A stretch of DNA of 62,782 nt, counting the filler, from Nemertoderma westbladi (lineage: Eukaryota; Animalia; Xenacoelomorpha), in assembly GCA_032718475.1 (NCBI GenBank). It is 4 parts of 4 records of this genome, joined end to end, with 100 filler letters (N's around TTAATTAATTAA, not from the genome) between each part and the next. Parts side by side here need not be neighbours in the genome. Positions count along the whole stretch, not along the records: positions 18,561 to 43,905 come from JAUCBJ010008220.1; 3 more parts are not named here. The stretch is one strand, 5' to 3'. The notes under the pieces are model-generated. The model saw nothing but the letters and a program-made list of their open reading frames with translations. It ran no database searches and was not told the origin of the DNA. The position numbers were made by a program, and so were the translations under genes. Shown here in pieces: positions 23,242 through 35,877 of this stretch (position 1 is the first letter of the stretch; each line of letters opens with the position of its first letter).

Positions 23242-24168
23242 GTATCCATTTTTGATGAAGCTACCCAAGCCTTTGCTTTCCTAACTTCTATGTCCTTTTT
23301 GCTACTCTCTATCCATGATCCAAGGTACTGGAAGTCGTCGACCTTCCTTAGTTGATTTTAATCAATGGTTGTCAAGTTTCCATTAACATTAAATGTCATG
23401 AATTTGGTCTTGGTAGCACTTATGTGCAATCCAACCTCCTTAGCAGCCCTCTCCACTTTAATTAGTAGAAGCTGTGCATCTGCTAGTGTATTAGAGAGCA
23501 GGGCGATGTTATCCGCAAAGTCAGTGTCTGTGACTGCAGTTGCCGGATATCTACTACTTCTGCGTTCTTGAAGTGTGAATCCCCGAACTTCACCCTTTGT
23601 GGCCGTCCTCATTGCGTAATCCAGCACAATTACAAATAGTAATGGTGCTAATGTGTCACCTTGCAGTATGTCAGCCAGGATTGAGAAAAACTCAGTTTCA
23701 CCATCTGGAGAGAGTACCTGCGCTTCTATGTCACAATATAACAATCCAATGCCAGCAACAATTACTTCTGGTATTCCATAAGCTCTTTTTTTTACAGAGC
23801 AACCACAAGAAGAAGAAGAAGAAATTTATTTTTCCATAAACAAAACAAAAAACAAATTGCATAGACAAAAAAGACGAAATGTCGTCCTGTTGCTAAACCA
23901 AAAATGTCTGGGGACCATAACCGCTGCCATAAAATGAACACACCAAGGAATATTAGAACCAGTAAGTAAGTAACTCATAAGCAACTTCGAAAAAAAAATA
24001 TTAAAATAACTTATGGTAATGACGGAAATATCTTGGCAGATAAAGATTATTTATTATCTTTGTTTAGCATAAAGTAGTTTATGGCAGGAGGACAGTAAGA
24101 ATTAGAATTTCAAGCATTTTACCTCTATGGATGGAGTCGAATACCTTCTTGAAGTCCATAAAAGTCAT

Positions 24169-24360
24169 TATAAGTCAAACAATGTGCAAGAATGTTGTAA
24201 TAACCACAATCAGTAAAATACTAATAACAAAATATAGAAATACCAACGAGAAGTACAGCAGTACAGTACAGTGATAACACTGTCACACAAGGATGGTCAT
24301 ACCGGTAAACTGTACTTCCCCCTCCACCAAATACCATGGACTAATATATCTTCTCTTATA
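24169..24360 (-). repeat. 3' LTR (192 bp)
   Basis: Direct repeat of 28398-28586; by eye 9 substitutions and one 3-bp indel. Confidence 0.93.
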
Positions 24361-24409
24361 TTCCCCCCAGTTTATAAATAAACTATTATCAGTGTTCAAA
24401 CTTAGTCTG

Positions 24410-27400
24410 TTATGATGCCTGATAATAATCAGGTGGGCGCGATACGCGACCATACCTAGTGCTATAGTGTGTCTCCTCTATTGGTTCATCTTCATCCGAC
24501 ATTCTAGAACGATCATTCTCACTTTGAAACCCGAAAAATATAGTAGAGCGGCTATCATTGTTACCGATATCAGATGATCTAGGATCTGCTGGCATTACAT
24601 TTTCAAACTCCAGGCCATCGTCAACATCTGATTCATGGAGTTCTGGACGTTCAATTGAATTTGGTGCGATTGATGACCTTTGAAGGACAGGTTGCGCAGT
24701 TTTACGGACATGTTGTAAATGATGTCGAGTGCCCTTTATTACCACTGAAATATCATCAGGTACATCTTCAACCATTAACGGTCCTCTCCAGCATTGAGTG
24801 CAATGCACATGTTGCTCCGGTTTTATAAACACATAATCACCAATCTTTAATGGATTTGAACTAACTGTCGTCCGATACGCCTCACCTTTGTTTTGAGAAA
24901 TCAATGGTAGGTGTGTGAGTTCACTGTTCATCAGAGCCTGCATCAGTGTCATCGAACCCTTAGCAGGTACAGTATTATTATACCAGAACGCACACTGTTC
25001 AGGTATTTTAGAAGACCTACTAGCCCACGCTTTCACCGTTCTATGAATCCGTTCGACCGGATTACCTTGTGGTCTATACCCACAAGCTGGACGATGGCAC
25101 ACTTCCTATTTTTTCAGAAAACACTTGAACTCGTTACTGCGAAAAGCAGGCCCATTGTCTGCTACCACTTCTTGAGTGAGGTGGACCCCATTCGAGAAAT
25201 ATTTGCTGGAGTTTTTTAATAACGTCTTGTGCACCTTTATTATTAACTTTGTGCCAGATGGTGAAATTAGTACAGCAATCCAACACAGTCAAATATGAAT
25301 AACTGCTATATTCTGTAAAATCTATCAATAATAATTCCCAACCACGCGTTACTTCAGTATGATGTTTTGTTACTGTGATAGGATGAGGGTCAATGCTGTT
25401 GCACTCCGAGCATGGCCTACATACTTCAATTATCATTTCTTTTGGAACTGTTAGCCCTTGTAATATTCTATCTTGTTTGCACAAACTTTCGGTACGATCA
25501 GACCCCACATGGGCAATACAATGAATTTCTTCAATACGGCTACGAATACCAGCTGCACTCTGAGAACCAGGTGATAAACTTGCTGACACTAGACCTGCTA
25601 TTGAACAATCATCTTCCTTCTTATTATGCAACCATGAATTAAGTACTCTAGTGAGTATATTTGCGAGATTCTTGTGTGACGGGATAAGGTGAATTGTAAT
25701 CTGCATTTCATACTCTTAAATAGTTTTCTGAATTAATTGTAGTGGTCTTCGAATTAACATCTTCGATAGACCTTAATAGTTTTCAATCGATGTGAATCAT
25801 TTAACAGTGCTGAAATCCAATTATAAATGGTAGATGAGTCTGTGTAAAGCCAAACGTTTTTTAACTTCCACTGTAACGCCATGTTGATGCCTTGAATAAC
25901 CGTGTTTAATTCGGCAGCATTTATATGTTCAGGGTCGTCGTTATCTCGCAGCCATGCTCCATCTTCAGCCACAACACCTCCTATATGTATTAAAGCTCCA
26001 GTTGCAATATTGCTCGCATCGGCCCATACTTCTCCACAGTCAGTATTCTCTATGGGCCATTCACCTTTGACTGGGTCGTTTTCCGAGCATCGTTGGACCA
26101 TGTCACACAGTTTATCCTTAATACAATCATCAACAACCTTATGGCGTTGAAGCTGCTTGACACTGAATCCATCCAACAGCTATCCTTAAACCAACCTTCA
26201 ACTAAATAGTGACCACGTAGCATTCCAATTATTCCTAACCACTGACGATGTGTTAGACTTTCAGGAATATCTGACAGTTTTGGTAAATCGCTATCACGTG
26301 ACCAATCACCATCTTTTACGAAGATTCCTAAAACTCTTGTGCCATCTTTCACATAGTTTGGTTTTTTGGATTCCAATCCAAATTTGGTGAGATGCTGCTT
26401 TACTTCTTCTACTGGAATTGCTGATGTATCCATATTGATATCATCCCTAAAATTATCTACAGAATCCTTCATTTTTTCGCTTAGTTCAATCACTTTTTCG
26501 ACAATTGAATCCATTATTTTGGGACCTGGTCCAATACCAATCTTGTCATACAGTATGTTTTTCCTAAATATTGAATAGTTTGAAATGGATGTAACTCGGG
26601 ACTGATTCGTATTTGCATATAGGCATTCTTCAAATCCAGTATGGCAGTGTCCTTTCCCATCCGAGCCCACTTTCGAAGTTTCTCTCCACATGCCGCCACC
26701 TCAGTGCCACGTTCTTCAAACTTTCCCATAAGCTTTCCCATGAGCTTTCCCTGTGCTCATACCTCGCCATTATATTCGACTATCCAGCCATTCTTAATCC
26801 AGTCTTGCATCGCTTCTTCAAGTTTATCTCTCTTTAATTCGCTGGAATTCCATATTCCGCTGGTCCCCTGATCACCCCAGCTGGTTTTTCACCATCCTTA
26901 AATTTGTACACAGCCATCCATTTTTGGCCATCAAATACAGCGGAAAAATCTGATTTCTCAATTTTTCCATTTCAGGTACCGATGATACGCCTCCTTCATG
27001 AACATTTATTGCTAATCCAGCAACAGGATTTACACATTGCGGCTCAACCAATTCAACTGCGTTCATCTTATCATGAATATTGAAATTTGCTTGTTTAAAT
27101 TGCTTAACTATATCCCAGCCAATTACCATAGGAATTTTTCTAACCAATTTCTCTAGAACAGCGACATCGCATCGCCGCTCTACATCAGTACTTTCAAATC
27201 CTAAGTTTAATACAGTTTCTCCTTGGATTGTGATACTTGACAGGCCATCTAAAAATCTTAAAGTTTGTTGCTTACATATAATGTTCGCACCAACTTTTGT
27301 TGCAAACTCTCGAGAAATCATAGAGCGTCGACAGCCCGTATCCAGTAACGCCCTTGTAAACCAACCATTACAGTATACTTTAATTACTTGGGACTATTAA

Positions 27401-28370
27401 TAATTTGGGAAATTGCTGCTGGTGCTAATGGCCATCTCCCTCTCTAGTTTCCCAAATTTGCAGTACAGCCACGAGCGATATGGTTTGCAGCTCCACATCA
27501 AAAGCATCCAGATCCACCAGCTCCTACTGATTGACCCCCCAGATTATTCTGATTATTAAAAGTTACCTCTAGGCCTATTACCTCCTGTTTGTCTAACTGT
27601 ACCCATGCCAGTACAATCACGCGCAAAGTGGCCAAAATTGTGGCATCGTTTGCACTGGATAGATTATCGGTAGGATTGTTGGTTGGTAGGAGTGATCGAA
27701 CCTCTCCAATTGTTGGAATCCACCAATAATGGCAACCCTCGGTTTTCGTTTCATTATAATCTTTCCCCCCTCTCTGATTGACGACCTCCCACTGCCCAGG
27801 CATTTGCAGCCTGGCCCACTGCGCCTCCCGCTCCGATTATATTCGATTCAACGTTAATGCTCCTCTCCGAAACCAGTCAACGAGCCTGTTCCAACAAATG
27901 TTCTAAGGATATACCTCCCGCCAACGCTTTAACTTCTCTCTGGATTTCTGTCGGCAGACCAGCTACGAACTGAACCGCCAGCATTGATTGCGATGCATCA
28001 GACAAAATTTCAGTACAAACAATTAGCGATAATAGACGTTTGAGATCTGCAAGATACGTATCGACTGCTTCATTCTTTTGTAATGATCATCTCTTGAACT
28101 TATCATAGACGACATGTTCGTTGATCGCAAACGCGGAGAGTAACGCTGCTTCCAACTCATTGTAACTTGACTTCTTCTCGTCCGGTAGCTGCCGCATAAT
28201 CGCAGCCCCTTCCAAACAAAGTCGGAGGTATGTTGCACGAGACTCCTCCTTCAAGGAAGATTCTGTTTTCAATTGGTCGAATGTGTCATTAAAGATATTT
28301 AAAAATCCCGATGGATCGCCATCCCCATTATATTTCTTAACAAAATCCGAAAGCTTTAATCTGGATGCCA
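24410..28370 (-). pseudogene. Fragmented gag-pol of the TA-ended LTR element
   Basis: ORF pieces 28087-28407, 26872-27321, 26514-26741, 26050-26691, 25754-26176, 25134-25706 and 24410-25102 carry the domains in order. Confidence 0.88.
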
Positions 28371-28397
28371 TATCTTGACACGTTAGCCCGGTTAGCT

Positions 28398-28586
28398 TAT
28401 AAGTCATACAATGTGCAAGAATGTTGTAATAACAATCAGTAAAATACTAATAACAAATCACAGAAATACCATCGAGAAGTACAGCAGTACAGTACAGTGA
28501 TAACACTATCACACAAGGACGGTCAGACCGGTAAACTGTACTTCCCCCTCCACCAAATACCATGGACTAATATATATTCTCTTATA
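28398..28586 (-). repeat. 5' LTR (189 bp)
   Basis: Direct repeat of 24169-24360, TATAAG...CTTATA. Confidence 0.93.
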
Positions 28587-29617
28587 GTCATGACTGCAGG
28601 GACATTCTTTGACTTAATTCCTTCAAGCAGTCTCCGTAGTGCAAGTATCTGCGCTATTGTTGATCTACTTGGTCGAAATCCATTTTGGCTCTTACGCAGT
28701 AGTTTCTCTATGTGAGGCCTAATCCTATATAGAATAGTAGCGCATTTTCTGACCAAAAAGTCTAATTTTTGAAACATCGCCTATCTGATGCAGAATTTCA
28801 TGCTGAATCCAAATATGTAAACCGTTTTCCCATATCTTGCTTGCTCCATATCTTTCCCATATCTCGAGATATCTCGGGTAGAAGATACTGGCTCCGATAT
28901 ATCGCGATATTGGTATAGGTGATGAAGTTTGGGGTTTGCATTCAATTTCTCCAAATTTCTGTGCTCAGTGGTGCCAATTGGATGTCTCCACGAGAAAGAG
29001 CACAAAATTTTAAATGGGAAGATATTTTTTTATGATTATTGGACCTACTGATCAGTTTATAAGACAACTTTAAGTCTCCGGAATAAAGACGGCACTTGAA
29101 TAAGCGACTCTGCGGTCTTTGTGGGATTACACGGAATAGAATTATCGGTCATCGGAGATCTTCATAATGTATAATCTCCAATTCTAGTGGTCGTACGAAG
29201 TTCGTTTTGGGCTCATTCGAAAGCTCTTTCCTCAGAAAATGTGCTACCCCCCCCCCCCCCCCCCCCCCCCTAAGATCTTCTCTCTTACAGGTAACCTCCG
29301 AGTTTTGCCATAGCACATACTGTTTTCGTTTGGGTTTCTGGGGGATATGATATGCCTCTTAGCTGATTCATCGTGGGATGTTATTATACACTGGTATATT
29401 GAATCGGTGGATTGGTCTTCATCCAATGGGTGGTCCAACGTTCTACAATTAAACAGAAAGTGGATGTAGAAATATTTCACTGTTAGGTAAATATTTGTAT
29501 ACTAGTACTATGTAAAAAACTTTTAAAATCCGATGTATTTTGACTTGCTTTCACAGTTTTGTTATAAATTCATATATTACCTATATTTAGTACAATTTGG
29601 CATAAGATTACCTCCTG

Positions 29618-29700
29618 GTCCAGTGGCCCAGTAGGTTAGTGCGCAGGTCATATGTGAGATAGGTCGAGAGTTCGAATCTTGGTTGGTAAATTTACATTTT
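29618..29700 (+). mobile_element. tRNA-derived SINE head or tRNA pseudogene
   Basis: GGTCCAGTGGCCCAGTAGGTTAG (A box) ... AGTTCGAATC (B box) followed by a T run; no good acceptor stem. Confidence 0.5.
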
Positions 29701-31199
29701 TTGTGCAACTTTATTATGTTTCGTTAAGTTTAGATAAGCCAATGGAGTGCGTACAATACATGAACTGATTAGTTGGGCCAATCATAGGTGTTTAATAATT
29801 TATTGATCCAATGTGAGCCCATGGAAAGTGGTAGAATGTTCTAGTGCAATTCTATGCTTAGGATTTTCTATATAAGGTGCCATTTGCCCTTCGGTTATCA
29901 CCTAACCTTGACTACTAGTTATTCTTACACTCTTTATTCTGATTTGAAAATTTTGTTTAGTTTAAATTCATTAAATCATTTGGTTAATTACGTTAATATA
30001 TACTGCAAACTCAGAACATGTAGCCTTTTAGCGTATCTATCTTTAACAGCCAAACGCTTGGAGGAATGGCTGCCTAAACCTTTAGGCCACAGCAACGCAA
30101 GGGGGAGGAAAGTCCACACCACATAAAGGAACCCGCACCATTTGCCCACGCCAATTTGAAACATGACTAAGCCTGAGAGCACCCATGCCAGAGGAGGTAA
30201 GACTTTGTTTGACGACCTTGCCCGCCGTAATCCCGTAGATCATGGGAATGTGTGACGCCATCCTGGGACGCCGTAAAGTGTAGGAGTAAAATACCTCAGA
30301 TTCAGACAGAAACCCCTTGGTCAACCGGTACCTCTTACAGGTGCGAGCCGATGCTGTTTGTTAGTACGTGCAAGTATGCTAGGTGCAAATAGCTCACTCT
30401 ATAATTTGGTGACTTTGCCGTACTAGCGGTACAGTACCAGTTAGCACTGTAGGCATTGCAGTTTGACTGATCTGTCTGAGTCCAACGTATTTGCTTAGGC
30501 AAGGGGGCAGCTTTCTGCTACCGGCATGCATTTAGGCTAAAGGGTGGTTTACTAAAAATCGACTGCGCCCTTACCACGTACTGATAGGTATTTGCTGTAT
30601 ACCACCACAGCAACAAAGTTCTAGAATTAAATACATACAAGATCAGCTAGACATATGGTAGTAAATTAACACCCTATTCTCTATTTTCACAATCAGAGTC
30701 TGGTATCAGTGCCAATCTAGGATGTAGTTACTAACACCGTAATTGCCTGATCGAGTTGTGAACATAGGAGGAGAGAGCCCTTTTGACGTCAGTTCGTAAG
30801 TATTGCGCCTACAGCGCGCGACTAGCTTATTCTAGCAGCTAGCGCCTGGTATTATTATTTTGTTAAAAGTCACCAAAACCTAGTATTACAGAGATACCCC
30901 AAAATGTGTTTATCGTAACACACACACATACACGCGCGCCTTAAGATTGTTTGTTGAGGTATTACTCAACCCCTTTTGACTGCTTTTTCTGTTGGCAATA
31001 TTGTTCTTTACGCTAGTGTCAGTTGACCCGCTAGCTCGTATTATACCCATATAAATCACACCGCGTCAAGTCTACAGTATTTAGGTCCATTAGAGGCAGT
31101 TAGGATTCGCTACGCGGGGATTATTTTCCCATGAGTTTGGTCTGTATCTGTAGACTGTACATCTGCCTCACCGGTTAGAGGCCAGTCACCCTGATTGTC

Positions 31200-32400
31200 T
31201 AGTTATCCTGGGAATTTGATTCACCCAAGTTTAGAAGGGACATCAGGCTCCGTTCCTCGCCAGTAGTAGTTTGTGTACTTTGGTATCTATTTATTTAGAC
31301 ACATCCTGGGCTGGGATTTCTTGGTAGATACTGTACAAACTTCTAAACTTCTTCTTCGACCAACTTCTAAAGCAATCAGTAGGGTTCCACTGCGGGACTG
31401 AGCCATCATTGACCTAATAGATTTGGATAATGTAGCTGGACATAAGGCTCTACCTGAAAGTCCTGTTTGTATACCATATAAGTACGGAGCTTCGGATTAT
31501 ATTCAAGAGATTTTTTCCATACTGAGCCGAAATATGTTCTGCACTTATCACCAAAAAGTTGAATGCTACATGTCAAGTCTGTGTTATAGTAATTGCTAAG
31601 CCCTACATTTAAAAATATTTGTTTCATTCTGTTGCACCATCCCGAGTCGAGTTGTTATCATATTTTGTTTCAAAAATTAATTTATGGATTAACATGCAAG
31701 CTGAGTAGTTTTCTGTAGATACAAGTGCATAATCAACTACAGATTCCCCTCTTACAGTTACTAAAGTGAAATCATTATTACTACCATCATTACTACCTAG
31801 ATCATAACCATGAGCATTTGTCAAACTATCCACATTTGAGTGGGTAGGAAAGTCAGGATCTAAATTAAATACAGTGTCAGATAAATTCCTGGTTCTACCG
31901 TGTATATCTCCTAGTACTATTACTTGTTCCACTGAATTACTGTGCTGATATATCTGGGATATTAAATGGGTGTAGAAGTCAATGAGAATATGTCCATAAA
32001 TCAGACGACTCGGGTGGCAGGTAACAGCCACAAAGCAACAGGGAGTGATCAGTGTCTATAGACCTAAATATTGCTCATATTATTCACTCGTGAGAAGTAT
32101 CAATAACCGAGACGTTATATTTTGATAGCACAGATCTATTTACAAAGAAGCCTACTTCTTCTGTTCACAGTTTTTCGAGCATTTCCAAATCAAGTGAATT
32201 CCCGAGAAGGAGAGCTGTCAACCTGGAAAGTTTCAACTAATATATCTGTGTTTACGCCAGAAGTGATTGTCTCAAGTAAGTTCGAGTTTGCTGCTGTCCA
32301 ACCATTGCAGTTCCAGATGCTGATTCGTAGAGTTTCACTTGTGTTTGGCTGAGGGGCCACTGACATAATGTGTAGCATTCCCATCATTCTTTGATTACCT
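31200..32400 (-). mobile_element. Internally deleted CR1-group LINE (APE start joined to the C-terminal region)
   Basis: LRISIWNCNGW, VIVLGDI.GRT, RGESVVDYALVS, then KLRTY..YK..F.VEPY. Confidence 0.7.
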
Positions 32401-32451
32401 TCATCCACCTCTGTAACCATCTCCCCATCAATTACTAGTTGATCCTGATTG

Positions 32452-33655
32452 TCACCCTTGGATTCGAATTGTTCTGACCCGTTTATCCATCAGTCTTCCA
32501 TTTAGAACAATAAACAACTGCCCCCGTGTGCCCATACCAATGAGCGTTTTAAAGTTCGCTTCCATCGGATGATCCTTGCTTTTTTCAGGATTTAAGTTTT
32601 TCGCCACCCTCTCTGCCCTCTCTTTACATTCCCTCGCTAACTCTCTCTCTTTCTCTAATAACTCGGTTCCCTCATCCAGTTGCCTCTCCAACTCCTGCTG
32701 ATCCAGCGCCACAAGGTCTAGTTGACACGCCAGATCTATCTCTAACACCCTTCATGCTTTTGCGGAGGATGTCGCGGACTTATCGGTCACGACGGACTCC
32801 CATCGCCTCTCTGTCCTACTGACTTTCCCCCGCTTTCTGGGGTTCTCACTGACCGACGACACCGAATCCTCGGGGTTAACCTCGGGTTCGCCGTCGTGCG
32901 GGTCCACCCAACCCACTAACTTAATTCCCCTAGCATCCACTAAGTAAGGCCCTACGTACACTACTTCAGGCTCCATTACCCCGGACCGCCACAAATCAAA
33001 CAGTTCCGTGGCGACCCCCCTCGCTCTCTCACTCGCCAGTTCTCAAACGGACTAAATAGTGAAAGTGTTTATTTGACTCACCTAGCCTCTGATATAGTTT
33101 AGGCTGGTCTACCTTTCTCCCTTCCTTGGCCTCCTTAAGTAGTTTCTTGGTGGCGTTGTAGGCCCGTCGTAGCCAATCACTCATCCCGACGTCCTCTTTG
33201 CCGACTCCGCCACCTCTCCTCGTCCGGCGTCGTACCGGCGGCCCCACCGTCGCCGTTCCGGTGGGCCATCTGTCGCCCTCGGCCTGTGGCTGGCCGGCGA
33301 CTTCGGTACTCCGACCGCCGTTGTCATCACGCGTCAACTCGTCTCCCTCTCTCCTATGTAGTTGACGGCCGCCCTCTGCAGGGCTACCGGATCGTCCCTC
33401 ATCGGTGAATCCAGCATCGCTGGCCGATACCGTCGCATCGCGGCCTCACGGATCGTTTGGTTGGTGTCGTCTGGGGTCCGTGGCGGCGTCCTCTCTCCCT
33501 CTGATCCTGTCGGATCAGAGGGAGATGTGGGCTTCCTGTCGCTCATCTTCTTCTCGCTGTCTTGCAGTCACAGTTTTTAGTTGGCAGTTTGACTCGGTAG
33601 TATGACTGTGACGGGATCGGAGATCCCGATCGGGTTAGAAATGTACGCGTCACCA
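32452..33655 (-). mobile_element. 5' remnant of an LTR retrotransposon: PBS-like site and degenerate gag N-terminus
   Basis: TGGTGACGCGTA at 33655-33644 three nt after a CA; downstream ORF pieces contain PEDSVSSVS...SSAKA plus a coiled coil, as seen in BEL/Gypsy gag N-termini; no partner LTR found. Confidence 0.4.
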
Positions 33656-34694
33656 TTCTGCTGGGCAGTCGTGCTACTTGCTTTGGCCGAAGGCCGTTGG
33701 GGAAAACAATAAGAGTTTGTGTTGTTTCTCAATATTGATTAACATAGACGATAATAGCACGTCGGTAGAGATAACATGAACATAGCAGAAAATACAGATT
33801 AATTGCTGTTAATGGCGGTGACGGTCATTAACTATGACTGGTCTGCACTGACTGAATAACTCAACTGACCAGTAAATCAGTAATGTAGGATAATATATGG
33901 TTAACACACATTGATATTGATTTCACCTCTTACTGTACTTTGGCCCCCTGTACCCAATGGATGCTTTCCTGTCCCTAATCACGTGCTTCCCTCCCCACTA
34001 TTGGCTAATATACTAATTGTCACTTTGGCACTCCCTGTGAGTGTTTCCCCCTGCTGCTAGCCTCGACGAGCTGTATTCCCTCCGAGGTGGTTTGACCTCT
34101 CACCTCTCTCTGTGGCTTTGGGGCTTGTGTCCCCCCCCCCCCCCCCCCCCTCCCAAAGTTGGTTATGATACGAGATTAATATTGGTAATCTCGTATCCCC
34201 AACATATTGCTAAAATGCCACTGGTCCCATTTTCTGGTGGGTAATGAAGTGGAATTGAATCCGCTTACAAGTTTTATTCCAAAATTTTAACATTACGAAA
34301 TGATTGTATATATATTATAAGTGATAGAAACTGCACAAATTAAATTAGTTACTGTATAAAATAAATGTAAAAATACATAAATTATGTTATAAATAAGTTA
34401 GCTTATATTTATGGTGGCGTTTGGAGCCATGTTAATAAATTATAGCTACTGGTTATTAAAAGATATACCTCGACTACCGGTAGGTAATGCATTAGGCCTA
34501 TCTGACTGTCAGACATTTAATATTAAATACCACCTATTATTTACGTGGTAACCATTGACGCCGTAACTTTACAGCTCGCCGTCATTGGTTACGACATAAT
34601 CATGGGACATTACAACACCAATACAATACTAAATATACAGGCCAATATGATACTGTAATGTCCTCTAATGTTGTAAAGGGTTGGTGCTAAAATG

Positions 34695-35168
34695 CACAAC
34701 GAGCAACAATGACCAACAACGAGCAACAATGAGCAACAACGAGCAACAACGAGCAACAATGAGCAACAATGAGCAACAACGAGCAACAATGAGCAACAAC
34801 GAGCAACAGTGAGCAACAACGAGCAACAATGAGCAGCAATGAGCAACAACGAGCAACAATGAGCAACAATGAGCAATAATAAAGTACAACAATGAGCAAC
34901 AATGACCAACAACGAGCAACAATGAGCAACAACGAGCAACAATGAGCAACAATGAGCAACAACGAGCAACAACGAGCAACAATGAGCAACAACGAGCAAC
35001 AATGAGCAACAATGAGCAACAATGAGCAACAACGAGCAACAATGAGCAATAATAAAGTACAACAATGAGCAACAATGACCAACAACGAGCAACAATGAGC
35101 AACAATGAGCAACAACGAGCAATAATAAAGTACAACAACGAGAAAAAATGATGAGCAACAATGAGCAA
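34695..35168. repeat. 10-bp minisatellite (GAGCAACAAY)n with periodic AATAAAGTACAAC variants
   Basis: Read directly. Confidence 0.95.
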
Positions 35169-35877
35169 AAATAATAAAGTGATAAAAAATAACTACAATA
35201 AGTAGCAGTAAGTAGCAGTAACTACAATAACAGTAACTATAATAAAGTAACTAGAGTACACCACTAAACAGATTACACAGATACATTCATTACTGTATAC
35301 TTATGCAGTATAATGTATCCCAGTAATCCCGAATATATAAGTAGGATATGATAAATAAATTCCCAACCAAGAACTTAATAAAAAATTCTTCCATACCCGC
35401 AATGTCATCAAAATGGTGCACAATACTGCTATACCGGGACTATGAAGCGGCGTTTACGCCAAAACTATCTGAATAAATATTATACTCAAGATGTGTCAAT
35501 AAAAAATATTATACTTAAGATGTATCTAAATTCTCGGCCGAGATTCTCGGCCGAGTTTTTCTCGGCCGAGATCTCGGCCGAGTTTTCTCTGCCGAGTGTT
35601 TCTCGGCCGAGATCTCGGCCAAGATTCTCGGCCGAGTTTTTCTCGGCCGAGAATTTATAATCTTAAAAGTTGTAACAGCGGGAAATTTAAATGTTATTTT
35701 CCTTTCCCTTTGTAGTTAGTGTAATTTTGAATACCACCAGTACAGTATTATTCTACAACTGTCAGTCTGTAGTCTGCGGCTCCATCATAACTGTAGTCTG
35801 CAGTTCCATCCCCAGTGAATTAAGATTACAACCCTGGCCAAGCAGCAAGGGGAAGGCGATACGTGTACTGCTGTATA

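Larger units (their letters stand above)
24169..28586 (-). mobile_element. Degenerate LTR retrotransposon with non-canonical TA...TA termini and 5-bp TSD (GTCAT); Gypsy-type domain order but atypical RT/RNase H
   Basis: LTRs 24169-24360 and 28398-28586; TSD GTCAT at 24164-24168 and 28587-28591; PPT GGGGGGAA; gag CKRCHNFGHFARDC, protease LLDTGC, RT LDLKNAYMQ/FRDD, RNase H WADAS/HINAAEL/YTDS, integrase H..AH...CSEC/IDFT/VERIHRTVK. Confidence 0.92.
23242..28740 (-). mobile_element. RTE-like LINE (family B) host copy, split by the Gypsy element, a ~320-bp insertion (23787-24105) and the LTR element at 24169-28586
   Basis: Segments 23242-23786, 24105-24168 and 28587-28740 are the reverse complement of 16600-17345. 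Confidence 0.88.

Noticed and set aside
29850-31200. Short ORFs in a moderately GC-rich stretch
   Set aside because: No recognisable motifs in the frames I translated; probably decayed transposon sequence
34610-35168. Cys/Leu-rich ORFs (LLLVVAHCCS)n
   Set aside because: Translation of a 10-bp satellite; all three frames give the same peptide
35442-35660. Duplicated ORF MKRRLRQNYL... (also 38654-38935)
   Set aside because: Translation of the two transposon TIRs
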